Origin: Pseudomonadota bacterium
GTDB lineage: Bacteria; Desulfobacterota; Desulfobacteria; Desulfobacterales; Desulfolunaceae
Reading direction: 5' to 3'
NCBI GenBank assembly: GCA_018818835.1
Contig: JAHIRD010000141.1
Coordinates: forward strand, 4,608 to 68,607
DNA length: 64,000 nucleotides
Below the pieces are notes generated by a model that was not told where the DNA came from, made no database searches, and worked only from the letters and a program-made list of their open reading frames with translations. Positions 52,481-62,634 of the stretch are shown here, piece after piece. The position numbers and the translations under genes are program-made. The first letter of the stretch is position 1; each line of letters begins with the position of its first letter.

Positions 52481-52841
52481 ATAATCCGATTTCGATTTAT
52501 CATTGCCTGCAAACGTGGCCCATTCTCGGAGCTGACTTTTGCTTACGCTCACTTCGGAGCAAGTCTGAGAATTAAATTTGACACAGAACTCTGAACACTC
52601 CCCCAATTCTCACCTGTGAAAATCCCATAAGTATCCCTTCGTGTTTTTATATTCATGATATCCGGTTGATTAATTATCACCACTCCAAGGTTGAACACAA
52701 TTTGGGGTGTTTAAATATCATCTGGGTTTTTGATCAATGCCATGCCAATTCTTTTTTCCCCATGGAAGATGGTTTCGGTTATGTACTCCAAAGGCCTTAT
52801 AATAGCGAGACTTGGCCGCTTGCATGGAATTGTGTCTGTGT

Positions 52842-52857
52842 TGGCACGAATATCGCT
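52842..52857 (+). promoter_or_regulatory. Candidate sigma-54 promoter
   Basis: TGGCACGAATATCGCT has GG-N10-GC spacing and a perfect -24 box; the -12 box is TCGC. About 130 nt upstream of ATG 52986. Confidence 0.4.
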
Positions 52858-52985
52858 AATAGATGTTAGAAGATCATAAAAAAATCACGCCTTGAAGAAA
52901 CGTGCCCGTTTCCTTTAAGGGAAAAAACATAAAAGAATCATAAATAATCCTGATGACAGGGATGCATTGAGTTGGAGCCATTTTT

Positions 52986-53891
52986 ATGAACAAGGTCAGC
53001 AGCAGATGGCAGGAAGATAAGAGTCTTTCGGAATCCTATTTTGGGGAGGATTCTTCATTGTGTGGTGGATATTCATTGATCCCGTATGAGATTGGCAGTA
53101 CAGGGTGTGGGCCTGTGTTTGAATTTTTTGGGTGCTGGTTTGATTTGTATAAAGATATGAGCACCGAAGAACTGGGAGTATTTAACAGCATCCTTCAATC
53201 AAGAACATACGACCGCGAGACAGCCCTGATGACTCAGGGCATGGTGAGCGACCGGCTATATTTCATAAACAAGGGCCATGTCAAAACAATTTTCAATGAA
53301 AAGGGAGCCCGGCTCATGGGGGCGTCCATGGGCATGGGGGACATCACCGGTGTGGAAACGTTTTTTGGCGGGGGACTCAGCAAACGTTCTGTCCTGGCTG
53401 AACAGGGCACACGGGTGGATTTTCTTGAAAAAGATGATGTTCTGGAACTTTTTGCCCATGTTCCGGGACTGATTGGGAAATTGAAATCATTTTGTTTGAA
53501 AAGGAAAAACGATATGCATGCCATTCAATTGTCAACAATGGAAAAACGAGCCCAGAAACGGTATGCCGTGTCCGGATTGACCGCTGCAAAAATTCTGGAT
53601 ACCGAAGGCATTCCAACGGGAAAACCATTCCGCGGTGAGCTTCTGGACATTTCCCCGGGTGGATTCTCCTTTAACCTCCGGCTGACCGAAGAGAATATGG
53701 CTCAGCGGCTCCAGGGTCGGAGTATCGTGTCCCTGCTCAAGATTCATCAGTCCCGTCCCGGTGAGGATGTGTTCTGGGGCGGGCGCATTGTCAAAGTATG
53801 CAGGCGCAGTGGCCTCAATTATTCGGTGCACCTCAAGGGCGATGTCACATCCAGTCATGTGTCGTCCATGCTTGAGAATTTGTGTGATTGA
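52986..53891 (+). CDS. cNMP-binding domain / PilZ fusion protein
   Basis: LYFINKGHVKTIF...GMGDITG (cNMP-binding-like beta-roll), then RAQKRYA (RxxxR) and DISPGGFSF (DxSxxG). The same two-domain C-terminus occurs in the 1110-aa protein. Confidence 0.75.
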   Translation: MNKVSSRWQEDKSLSESYFGEDSSLCGGYSLIPYEIGSTGCGPVFEFFGCWFDLYKDMSTEELGVFNSILQSRTYDRETALMTQGMVSDRLYFINKGHVKTIFNEKGARLMGASMGMGDITGVETFFGGGLSKRSVLAEQGTRVDFLEKDDVLELFAHVPGLIGKLKSFCLKRKNDMHAIQLSTMEKRAQKRYAVSGLTAAKILDTEGIPTGKPFRGELLDISPGGFSFNLRLTEENMAQRLQGRSIVSLLKIHQSRPGEDVFWGGRIVKVCRRSGLNYSVHLKGDVTSSHVSSMLENLCD

Positions 53892-53989
53892 AGTTGATGG
53901 GAAGGCTTAAGCCTTGCCCATCTCATTCACTGCAATATGGTATCGGGTAAAATGCATCATGTCCACCATCAGTGACATATCGACAGTGT

Positions 53990-55120
53990 CTACCGGGTCG
54001 TTTTCAAAAGTGCCTGATGGATTTCTTCCCCAACCGGATTTTCAGAGGTCATGTTCCGACTGAACTGTTCCAGGGCCTTCCGGGCCTCTTTCCCTCCGAT
54101 TCTTCCCAGTGCCCAGGCGATCATCCCCTTAACCCGCTCATCGGTGTTTTCTTCAAATGCCCTTGTTAAATCGGGAATGTAAACCGGATCCAGGCTGTTT
54201 CCCATGACCCGCGCAACATTCATCCTCCACCGCCAGATATCCTCATAAGACATGTAAAACATATGGGGCCATATTTTATTCTCAAAATAGTCTTTGTCCA
54301 TATGGAGCAGACGTGAAAGATCAAAATCATCGGCTTTGACCACCACGTTTTCGTTGACCGGAAGGTCTTTGGCCAGCCAGGCCAGGTTCCGGGGACAGAC
54401 ATTCTGGCAGCGGTCGCACCCGTATACAAACATCCCCATGGGTTCACGGAGCTCTGTGGGCGTGATGCCCTGGCCAAAATAGCTGAGGTAAGAGATACAT
54501 TTTCTGGGGTCGATCCGGCTGTTGCCTTTGAGAGCCCGGGTGGGGCAGGCCGCGATGCATGCATTCCTGCACCAGTCCGGGCAGTTCGTTTCAATGGTTG
54601 GGATACCCGGCTCAAAGACATGGTCAACCACAAGGGCAATGGGAAGGGTCCAGGAACTCTGCCGGGCCACCTTGCTTGAGTAAAACAAACAGTTTTTCCC
54701 AAAGGTCCCCATGCCTGCACGGGCAGCAGCCACCCGGTGGGGGAGGTTGAAGGGCACCTTGGACGCGATGCCCTGGTCCCGAAGATAGGACCTGAATGCT
54801 TTGATTCTGAGGCTGAGGCCGTCTTTGGTCACACGGTCGTCATCCAGGTAGCAGCGCCCGAAGGTCCCTTCCATTTTCCTTGGATAGGATTTTTTAAAAT
54901 AAAGTTCCAGAAGCACAATAATGGACTGGGCCCCTTTAAGAATGGTCTTGGGGTCTGTGCCGTTTATAAGGTCTATGCCCGCAGCCTGGGTCCATCCGTA
55001 TTCGTCCGGCATGGACTCAAGCAGTTTTTTGTGATCATCAAAGGCCTCGGCCGTGGTGAATCCAATATCTTCGAACCCCAGTTCCCGTGCTTTGGCGATA
55101 ATATCCGAATTTGTGACCAT
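53990..55120 (-). CDS. queG: Epoxyqueuosine reductase (QueG)-like Fe-S protein
   Basis: Two ferredoxin-type clusters (CRNACIAACPTRAL and CDRCQNVCPRN) and a C-terminal HEAT-like unit ERVKGMIAWALGRIGGKEA, as in QueG. Confidence 0.65.
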   Translation of the reverse strand: MVTNSDIIAKARELGFEDIGFTTAEAFDDHKKLLESMPDEYGWTQAAGIDLINGTDPKTILKGAQSIIVLLELYFKKSYPRKMEGTFGRCYLDDDRVTKDGLSLRIKAFRSYLRDQGIASKVPFNLPHRVAAARAGMGTFGKNCLFYSSKVARQSSWTLPIALVVDHVFEPGIPTIETNCPDWCRNACIAACPTRALKGNSRIDPRKCISYLSYFGQGITPTELREPMGMFVYGCDRCQNVCPRNLAWLAKDLPVNENVVVKADDFDLSRLLHMDKDYFENKIWPHMFYMSYEDIWRWRMNVARVMGNSLDPVYIPDLTRAFEENTDERVKGMIAWALGRIGGKEARKALEQFSRNMTSENPVGEEIHQALLKTTR

Positions 55121-55487
55121 TTATGTTCTCCCTTTTATATGGGGTAACCCCAATCCCCGAACAAAAACGCGCGATCTACCCAATTGGTATGTTGGTAGCC
55201 ATAAGATATATTTGGTATAATAGAAATTTCATCTTATTAATATAGAACAAGATGAAATTTTGCCTATAAAACGGTTTATCGCATGCATATGGAATATGAC
55301 AACGTATTTTTTGTCAGATTATTTAACAATAAATAATTTGTTAAAATAATTAGGGACGAATAAATGGAGCCATTAATAACATTTGGCCTACCTTGCTTAA
55401 AATTCTTTCACCGCAGATGCTTAACCGTGTTTTGCGATTCATTACTCCCTAAACCCCAAATACCCCAAGGCGAAAATGAGCCCTGTT

Positions 55488-56957
55488 TCAGGGGTGCCCG
55501 GAATTGACATTCAGTGAATCCAACAGGTCCTTGACCATGATCCAGACGAAGCCCACGGGAAAGAGCAGGGGGAAGACCACGGTCCATTGGCGGGTTTGCC
55601 ACAGGAACCAGACCGGGAACAGGGTGTAGATGAAGATGGGGAGATTGATCGCCATGGCGCCGAGGGAAGGACGCTGGTACACCCGGAACAAGCCGGACAG
55701 GCGGGTCCGGCTGGGTACACCGTATTTGGGGGTTCGTACAAAGGTTCCGCCACGGGTAAACAGGCCCGATATCACGGAAAGGGAAAGGACCGGGGCCATG
55801 CCGATGGACAGCAGCGGGATCAGGGGCAGGATCCGGACCGACGACTTGTGGTAAGTCAGGGCGAACACCAGGAAATAAAACAACACGGCCCCGCTTGAGA
55901 AAAAAAACAGACCGATTCCCACCTGAAGCAGGAGCGGCGGGATCAAGGTTCGACTCATGGTCACGGCCGGGTAGAGGGTCAACGTCATGATCAGGCACAG
56001 GAGCCAGCCCAGATTGGCCAGGAGATGGGCCGTTGCTTCCAGTTTGGCCGTGGGGGTCAAGGTGTTTGAGAAAACAATGCGTGGCAGGAGTTTCCGTGCG
56101 GTCTGGATGGACCCTTTGGTCCAGCGTTTCTGCTGGTTTCTAAAGGCGTCCAGGGTGGTTGGAAGTTCGGACGGCACGGTGTAATCATCCACATACACAA
56201 AACGCCAGCCCTTGAGTTGGGCCCGGTAGCTGATGTCCAGATCCTCGGTCACCGTGTCCGCCTGCCAGCCTCCGGCATCAATCAGAGCTTCTTTTCTCCA
56301 GATCCCTGCCGTGCCGTTGAAATTGAAGCACATCCCAAAATGATGGCGGACCCGGTGTTCGATCCGGAAGTGGGAGGCCAGCATGATTGCCTGAATCCGG
56401 GTGAGCCAGGAGTGATCTTCGTTTAAAAACCCCCAGCGGCACTGGACCATGCCGATATCCTTGTGTGAAAAACAGGGCACGGTCCTAAGTAGAAAATCCG
56501 TTCCCGGAACAAAATCCGCATCAAACACGGCGATGAGCGACCCCTTGGCCTGCTGAAGCCCCTGGGCCAGGGCTCCGGCCTTGAATCCCATTCGGTTGGT
56601 TCTTCGAAACACCCGGATATCCACACCCTGGTCCCTGAAGTGGGTTACACGCTCGTCCACAATGGATCGGGTGTGGTCCGTGGAATCATCGAGAACCTGA
56701 ATTTCCAGACGGTCCCTGGGCCAGGTCAGGGCGGCGGTGGCGTCGATAAGCCGTTTGGCCACGAATCGTTCGTTGTACAGGGGCAGTTGGATGGTTACCC
56801 ATGGAACCGATGCGTCACAAACCATGGCCGGAGGACTCGGTTGCGGGGGAAGCCGCCGCCAGAGGATCAAAAGCCAGATGCGGTGGACGCCGTAAAGGGC
56901 CAGGCCGCACAGGGCTGTCATGTGAACCAGCCAAAGGCCGTATGTGGTTGAATCCAT
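55488..56957 (-). CDS. Family-2 glycosyltransferase, processive membrane type (cellulose-synthase-like fold)
   Basis: VLDDSTD, AVFDADF, TEDLD and QQKRWTKG (QxxRW) motifs. N-terminal TM segments and four or more C-terminal TM segments. Confidence 0.8.
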   Translation of the reverse strand: MDSTTYGLWLVHMTALCGLALYGVHRIWLLILWRRLPPQPSPPAMVCDASVPWVTIQLPLYNERFVAKRLIDATAALTWPRDRLEIQVLDDSTDHTRSIVDERVTHFRDQGVDIRVFRRTNRMGFKAGALAQGLQQAKGSLIAVFDADFVPGTDFLLRTVPCFSHKDIGMVQCRWGFLNEDHSWLTRIQAIMLASHFRIEHRVRHHFGMCFNFNGTAGIWRKEALIDAGGWQADTVTEDLDISYRAQLKGWRFVYVDDYTVPSELPTTLDAFRNQQKRWTKGSIQTARKLLPRIVFSNTLTPTAKLEATAHLLANLGWLLCLIMTLTLYPAVTMSRTLIPPLLLQVGIGLFFFSSGAVLFYFLVFALTYHKSSVRILPLIPLLSIGMAPVLSLSVISGLFTRGGTFVRTPKYGVPSRTRLSGLFRVYQRPSLGAMAINLPIFIYTLFPVWFLWQTRQWTVVFPLLFPVGFVWIMVKDLLDSLNVNSGHP

Positions 56958-57169
56958 GGATAGACTCCCGGGTGATGGTTATTGCCTGAAACCATGGGTT
57001 ATCGCTGAATCAGCGGTTGGGGTCAAATCAAAATTTCCGATAGAAGGTATCGAAATCATCCGGAATATCGATTTGCATTTAGGTCTATGGCAAGATACCT
57101 TGCTTTTTTCCATGACAAAAAAATAAGTAAGGGTTGTTAGGAGAGAACTCCAAATTGAAGGTGACTGTG

Positions 57170-58018
57170 ATGAAAAAAAGGGTGACAAACCTTATCCTGG
57201 CGGCAGGATGGGCGGGGGTGATGCTGATCGTTATACCGGTGATGTGTTTTGCCGGGGCCTGGACCCAGGAAAAGGGGGCCTCGTATCATCAGTTCACACT
57301 GAACTGCTATTATGCGGACCGGTATTTTGATGATGACGGGCATGATCAAACCATGGCTGACCAGGGAGAATTCAGGGATATCCATGTCAGTTATTACGGG
57401 GAATACGGCCTTGGGGAACGGCTGACAGTGCTGACGTCCCTTTCTTTCAAATATCTGAAATTTGAAGACAACACGGTGGAATCCGATTCTTACGGGGTGT
57501 CGGATATTGATCTGGGACTTAAGTACAAACTCGTGGATTCACCCCTGGGTATCGTATCTGTCCAGGGGCTGGTGAAGATCCCCGAAGCCTACGACGAGGA
57601 TGACGCGGTACCTCTGGGCAACGGCCAGTATGATCTGGAGTGCCGTCTCCTTTACGGAAAATCTCTGTATCCCTTTATTCCGGGGTATATGAACCTGGAA
57701 GCCGGATATAGGTGGCGGGCCGATTTCCCTGCCGATGAATTCAGGTATCTCGCGGAATTCGGAGTAAACGTCACATCGAAAATCTATGGCCGTATGAAAC
57801 TCGACGGCATTTGCAGCATGGGCAACAGCGATACCCTGGACGCAGCCGGAAACAATCCCAGTGTGACTCCGGAGTTTGATCTTGGAAAACTCGATTTGGC
57901 TGTGGGATATAAGGTTACGGAATCCTGTCTGGTGGAAGTGGGTTTCAGGCCGGAAATCTACGGCCAGAACACGTCCAAAGGGAACAATGCCTCGGTTTCG
58001 GTAGCTTTCAAACGGTGA
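57170..58018 (+). CDS. Outer-membrane beta-barrel protein
   Basis: ATG at 57170 (MKKRVTNLILAAGWAGVMLIVIPVMCFAGA signal). Alternating strands with Y/G-rich turns. No family assigned. Confidence 0.55.
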   Translation: MKKRVTNLILAAGWAGVMLIVIPVMCFAGAWTQEKGASYHQFTLNCYYADRYFDDDGHDQTMADQGEFRDIHVSYYGEYGLGERLTVLTSLSFKYLKFEDNTVESDSYGVSDIDLGLKYKLVDSPLGIVSVQGLVKIPEAYDEDDAVPLGNGQYDLECRLLYGKSLYPFIPGYMNLEAGYRWRADFPADEFRYLAEFGVNVTSKIYGRMKLDGICSMGNSDTLDAAGNNPSVTPEFDLGKLDLAVGYKVTESCLVEVGFRPEIYGQNTSKGNNASVSVAFKR

Positions 58019-58175
58019 TGGCGTCGTAAAAAGATCCATATGCGGCGTTATAGTGTTTGGCCGGACGTTCGACATACGCTCGTGTATGCCTTCACGCCCG
58101 GCCAAACACTATGCCTTGCCTATGGACCTTTTTCCATAGCCATCCATCTGTAGCCTTTTTACGAGTTCATCAAAC
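58016..58175. repeat. Family-B MITE-like hairpin repeat
   Basis: tgatggcgtcgtaaaaag..., then a tagtgtttggccgg/cccggccaaacacta hairpin, then ccttgcctatggacc...ccatccatc...gagttcatcaaac. Matches 14465-14613. The first 17 nt also occur at 23997-24015. Confidence 0.65.
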
Positions 58176-59483
58176 GGTGGATGATTTTCCAAAGGCTTTG
58201 ACCAGATACCCGGCAAAGCAGGCCCCAAGGGGCCCTGCCCAGATCAGATTGATGGACAGGGGATCCTCGGTCCAGGCCCCGGTGAGGACATAGGGAATCT
58301 GAACGGAATAGGCCAGAAACACGGACCAGCTCAGAATGACGCCGGCCATGCCCGGAACAAAGGGCAGCATGGCGGTCATGTACAGGGCGTACCAAGGGTG
58401 AAGGGTGGGCGTTAAAAAAAGAAAGGCCAGGTTGATCAGATAAAACGGATAAAAGACCCGGTGTGTGAAATCTCCCGGACCCAGGGCGTACCTGCAAACG
58501 ATCCCGGTAAGGGCCAGGACAAAGGCCGAGCCGAGGATCACCCGGGAAAGATCCCCGGATAAGCCCCACTGCCTGAGCCAGAAAAAGGAAAAACCGGAAA
58601 ACTCCCAGTGTCGGGTATAGGTCCCAAGGGTGCCAAACATGTGAGGCAGATCGGGCAGAAAGGGATGGCATAACAGCAGGGTGCCGGATACCGCGCCCGC
58701 GAGAAAGAGAATCCGTTGGCGTTTGTGAAGACTGAAGAAAAATAAGGGAAAAAAGACCAGGGGAAACAGCTTGACCAGGCAGGACCAGGCGAATAACCCG
58801 CCGGAAAGCCCCAGGCACAAGGGCCTTATTTTTGAATTCCAAATGGTCTGGGCCAGGGTCAGAGATAAAAACAGAAAAAAGATTCCGGCCCCGTCAATAT
58901 GGCCGGACCCCGCGATTTCAAGGACGGCCAGGGGATGCCAGGCATAGATCAGACTCCGGGTGACGGGCTGCCCCAGTTGGCGGAGCCATTGGATGATCAG
59001 GGCGCAGGTGGCCAGGTCCATCAGGACGAGAAGGGTTTTCAGAACGATGGGCCAAGGACCGATGAGGGCTGCGGCAAAAAAGACGACCTGGGCTCCGGGA
59101 GGGTACACGGTGATCAGACCGGGATGATTGACCAGGGGCAAAAGCGTCCGGGCCGCCTGGCTACCGGAAACGACCTGGGCCGGAGCCAGCTGGTAGGGAT
59201 TGTGCCCCGAAACTGTTTGGAGCCCGTCCCAGAGATAGCGGAAGATATCATCGGACAATTCCGGAGCCCGGAACAGGACCATGATCCGTATGATGGCGGC
59301 CACAGTAAGGATCAGGCCCGGTGACAGGTCCTGGTCTGTGTAAATGCTCACCAAAATGAGAACCATCACCCAGGCCGTGGCAAACACGACAAGGGGCAGA
59401 GAAAGACGCAGGTCCTGCGCAAAGGCCATCATGGCGTATAAACCGAGGACTCCGGCGCTTATGGAGAACGTGGATAATTTCAC
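58170..59483 (-). CDS. Polytopic GT-C-type glycosyltransferase-like membrane protein (DUF2029/GT87-like)
   Basis: GTG start. About 11 TM segments. The loop DDIFRYLWDGLQTVSGHNPY resembles the DUF2029 family N-terminal loop motif. Confidence 0.5.
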   Translation of the reverse strand: MKLSTFSISAGVLGLYAMMAFAQDLRLSLPLVVFATAWVMVLILVSIYTDQDLSPGLILTVAAIIRIMVLFRAPELSDDIFRYLWDGLQTVSGHNPYQLAPAQVVSGSQAARTLLPLVNHPGLITVYPPGAQVVFFAAALIGPWPIVLKTLLVLMDLATCALIIQWLRQLGQPVTRSLIYAWHPLAVLEIAGSGHIDGAGIFFLFLSLTLAQTIWNSKIRPLCLGLSGGLFAWSCLVKLFPLVFFPLFFFSLHKRQRILFLAGAVSGTLLLCHPFLPDLPHMFGTLGTYTRHWEFSGFSFFWLRQWGLSGDLSRVILGSAFVLALTGIVCRYALGPGDFTHRVFYPFYLINLAFLFLTPTLHPWYALYMTAMLPFVPGMAGVILSWSVFLAYSVQIPYVLTGAWTEDPLSINLIWAGPLGACFAGYLVKAFGKSSTV

Positions 59484-59612
59484 TCAGTACCTTGCATGGT
59501 TAGCGTTAAACGCGGAAAGCTCTCGGCAGGATCGCCCGAAGCAAAAATACTATTAAGCTACAAAAAACCTTTTGTCAAAGATAGATGAACACGAACGCTA
59601 TAGGAGATGAGA

Positions 59613-62540
59613 ATGATGAAGAAAACGTTTCGGTTATACCAACAGCTCGCCATGATGGTCTTGCTGGCTGCCCTGGTCTCGGGCTGTAACAGTTCCACCC
59701 ATGTGAAAGAAACGGGAACCCCCATAACGACCGTCTCTGACCCCCAGACCGGCGATGTGTCCCTGTTTCCCAATTCGACTCTCCTGGCTTCGGCCAAGGA
59801 TATCCAAGATAACCCGGACGGGCTGATTCTGATCGATACCCGGTCTGGGGACGCCTATGCCGCAGGGCATATACCGGGAGCCATTTCCATGGATTGGAAA
59901 GAGTATGTTCTCTGGAATGATCCGCCCCAGAAAGCCGTACTCAAATCAGTGGCCAACCTGGAGTCCGCTTTGGGCAATAAGGGATTGACTCGTCTGTCTC
60001 ATATCGTGATCTACGATGACACCGTGACCTCCTGGGGTTCGGCGGGTCGGATTTTCTGGATGCTGGAAACTCTGGGCTGCACCCATGTCCGAATTCTCAA
60101 TGGCGGCTGGGATAAATGGATTACCGACGGTCTCGGGACCGAAACCACGGCCAGCACCCTGGACCGGGCGAAATTCGAGGCGGACCTGACCTTGTTTAGC
60201 GGGAACAGCGTGGATAAAGCGTATATTAAAAGCCGTCTTTCCGATGATGATTTTGCCGTGGTGGATACGCGGACCGATGCGGAATATATCGGCTGGAAAC
60301 TTTATGGAGAGGCCCGTGGCGGTCACATCCCCGGCGCGGTTCAGCTTCCCTATGAATCCTATTACAATGCAGATCATACCCTTCTTGGATACGATGATCT
60401 AAAAGCCATGCTTGACGCCCACGGGATCACTGCGGACAAGGAAGTGACGGCCTACTGCACCGCCGGAATCCGGTCCGGATTTTTTTATTTCCTGGGGCGG
60501 CTCATGGGCTTTCACCGGATCGCTAACTATGATGGGTCCATGTGGGACTGGTCTGCGGCCGATGAAGCCGACTATCCCATGGATACCATGGCTCATTATC
60601 AGGCGTTGGTGTCTCCTTCCTGGCTCGATACCCTGATCAAGGGTGAGGAAACCCCGGAAACGTTTCCGGCAGGCCAGGACTATGTGATTCTGTTTACGTC
60701 CTATGCGGCCCGTTACAGTGAAAACCGCACGGATTACGTGGGAACACCCTATGAAACCGGGCATATTCCCGGTGCCATTTTTCTCGATACCTATTCCATT
60801 GAAAACGGCCCATCTTCTGAATACGGGGACGGCTACCAGTCTCCCGAAGAAGGCAACGCCAAACCCATAGCTGACCTTCAGGACCTGTTCGGTTCTCTGG
60901 GTATTGCCCATGACACCACCGTGATTGTGTATGCGGATGATGAGATTTCCATGATGACCGCCGGGCGAGTGGCCTGGTCCCTGCTGCTGGCCGGAGTGGA
61001 GGATGTGAGAGTGTTAAACGGGAATTTTAAGGCCTGGGTGGCTTACGGTGGCGCGACGGAAACCGCTGTGAATGTCCTTGATCCGGTGGCCTTCGGCCAT
61101 GTCCCCGGCCGGGCGGATGTGCTGGCCGACATGGATGATCTAAACGATGTGATTGACGGCACAACCCCCGATGCCCTCATCGTGGATGACCGGGAATGGG
61201 CCGAATATGTGGGGTCATCCAATTCCTATTATCCCTATTTCAGCGAATACGGGCGGATTCCCACGGCCCAGTGGATCGGTGACTGGGTCAAGGTGGTCAG
61301 CGATGATATGCAATTTTTGAAAAGCCCCTATGCCGTGGATAAAGACTGGCGCGACGCCGGATTCACCCCGGCCAAAACCATGTATTTTTACTGCGGCACG
61401 GGCTGGCGCTCGGGCCTTTATACGTTCTATGCCTATCTGATGGGATGGCCCGCGGCCAACTTCGACGGGGGCTGGTTTCAATGGTCGTCTGTGGAGGGAA
61501 ATGACAGGGAGACCGGAAACTCAGATAAGCTCGTTACAGCATCCTGGGTCAAGACCATGGTCGACACGGAAAACGACGGGAATCCCTATGTGATCGTCGA
61601 AACGGGATGGGGCCAGCCTCCGGCGTCTTATTTAGACGGCCATATTCAAGGCGCCATCTGGGTAAACACCGATGAAATCGAATACGACTGTTTCAACGCC
61701 CGGAACGACTGGCCCGTGGATGAGGGTTACCCGGCCTGCATGGACCGGAGTACCACAGAAGAGGAAGACCTGGCCAAAGGATTGGGCCCTGATGATGCCC
61801 TGCCGAGAAATTGGTGGAACATCTATCCGGATCGCTACCTGCTTCCGGCCATCACCAACATGGGTATCGACAAGAACACCACGGTGGTGGTGTACGGCAA
61901 AGGCGGTTCCGCTGCCGCCAGGGTACTCTGGACCCTGATGTACGCCGGGGTTTCGGACGTGCGGTTCCTGAACGGCGGGAAGACCGCCTGGACAAGCGCC
62001 GGATACACTCTTGAAACCGGCTCCGTCACCCGGACACCGGTGGACTTTTTTGATCCGGATGACCAAGCGCGCGATACGGCCCTGCATCCCGAATACAAGG
62101 TGGATATCCCCTATGTCCGTGACGTGGTGAACGGGGTGTATCCCGACGATGTTTTGGTGGATATCAGGTCCCAAGACGAGTTCATCGGTGCCAGCCGTCC
62201 CTACCGCTACATCCCCACCGACGGCCGGGTTCCCGGAGCGGTCTGGGGCACCGATGATTTTACAAACACCGACGGCACCCTGGTCTCACCGGCGGAGATC
62301 TACCCCTACTGGCGGTCCTTGGGCATCACCCAGCGTGTCCACTCAAGCTACTACTGCGGCACGGCCTGGCGCTCCAGCCTGGCCTGGTTTTACGCTTACC
62401 TGATGGGTTACCCCGACATCAGCAACTTCGACAGCTCCTGGTTTGAATGGAGTATGGGCCTAGGGTCTGACTACAACGGGGACGATCCCGTGCTGAACCC
62501 CATTGAGGATGACAGCCCCACCTTGCCTGAACTGGAGTAG
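59613..62540 (+). CDS. Lipoprotein with six rhodanese domains (three tandem thiosulfate/polysulfide sulfurtransferase modules)
   Basis: AGGAGA RBS and lipobox LVSGC. GHIPGA occurs four times, plus GHIQGA and GRVPGA. Active-site loops CTAGIRS, CGTGWRS and CGTAWRS are in domains 2, 4 and 6. Confidence 0.85.
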   Translation: MMKKTFRLYQQLAMMVLLAALVSGCNSSTHVKETGTPITTVSDPQTGDVSLFPNSTLLASAKDIQDNPDGLILIDTRSGDAYAAGHIPGAISMDWKEYVLWNDPPQKAVLKSVANLESALGNKGLTRLSHIVIYDDTVTSWGSAGRIFWMLETLGCTHVRILNGGWDKWITDGLGTETTASTLDRAKFEADLTLFSGNSVDKAYIKSRLSDDDFAVVDTRTDAEYIGWKLYGEARGGHIPGAVQLPYESYYNADHTLLGYDDLKAMLDAHGITADKEVTAYCTAGIRSGFFYFLGRLMGFHRIANYDGSMWDWSAADEADYPMDTMAHYQALVSPSWLDTLIKGEETPETFPAGQDYVILFTSYAARYSENRTDYVGTPYETGHIPGAIFLDTYSIENGPSSEYGDGYQSPEEGNAKPIADLQDLFGSLGIAHDTTVIVYADDEISMMTAGRVAWSLLLAGVEDVRVLNGNFKAWVAYGGATETAVNVLDPVAFGHVPGRADVLADMDDLNDVIDGTTPDALIVDDREWAEYVGSSNSYYPYFSEYGRIPTAQWIGDWVKVVSDDMQFLKSPYAVDKDWRDAGFTPAKTMYFYCGTGWRSGLYTFYAYLMGWPAANFDGGWFQWSSVEGNDRETGNSDKLVTASWVKTMVDTENDGNPYVIVETGWGQPPASYLDGHIQGAIWVNTDEIEYDCFNARNDWPVDEGYPACMDRSTTEEEDLAKGLGPDDALPRNWWNIYPDRYLLPAITNMGIDKNTTVVVYGKGGSAAARVLWTLMYAGVSDVRFLNGGKTAWTSAGYTLETGSVTRTPVDFFDPDDQARDTALHPEYKVDIPYVRDVVNGVYPDDVLVDIRSQDEFIGASRPYRYIPTDGRVPGAVWGTDDFTNTDGTLVSPAEIYPYWRSLGITQRVHSSYYCGTAWRSSLAWFYAYLMGYPDISNFDSSWFEWSMGLGSDYNGDDPVLNPIEDDSPTLPELE

Positions 62541-62560
62541 TGACAGTAAACCCCATGGAA

Positions 62561-62594
62561 TCCGGCTGCCTGTAACTTCAGGCAGCCGGATTTT
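62561..62594 (+). terminator. Rho-independent terminator of the rhodanese gene
   Basis: TCCGGCTGCCTG-taacttc-AGGCAGCCGGA followed by TTTT. Confidence 0.8.
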
Positions 62595-62634
62595 ATGCGT
62601 TCATGGGGTAAATCATACGCCTATGCTTTTTATT

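Noticed and set aside
55408-55998. ORF 55408..55998 (-) and ORF 58159..58842 (-), which overlap the GT2 and GT-C genes in other frames.
   Set aside because: Their Pro/Arg/Gly-rich composition is typical of off-frame translation of GC-richer membrane-protein genes. The overlapping frames carry the recognisable motifs (QxxRW and so on).
57088-57103. Sigma-54-like box TGGCAAGATACCTTGC upstream of the barrel gene 57170..58018.
   Set aside because: The GG-to-GC spacing is one nt too long (N11 instead of N10), and sigma-54 promoters rarely tolerate that.
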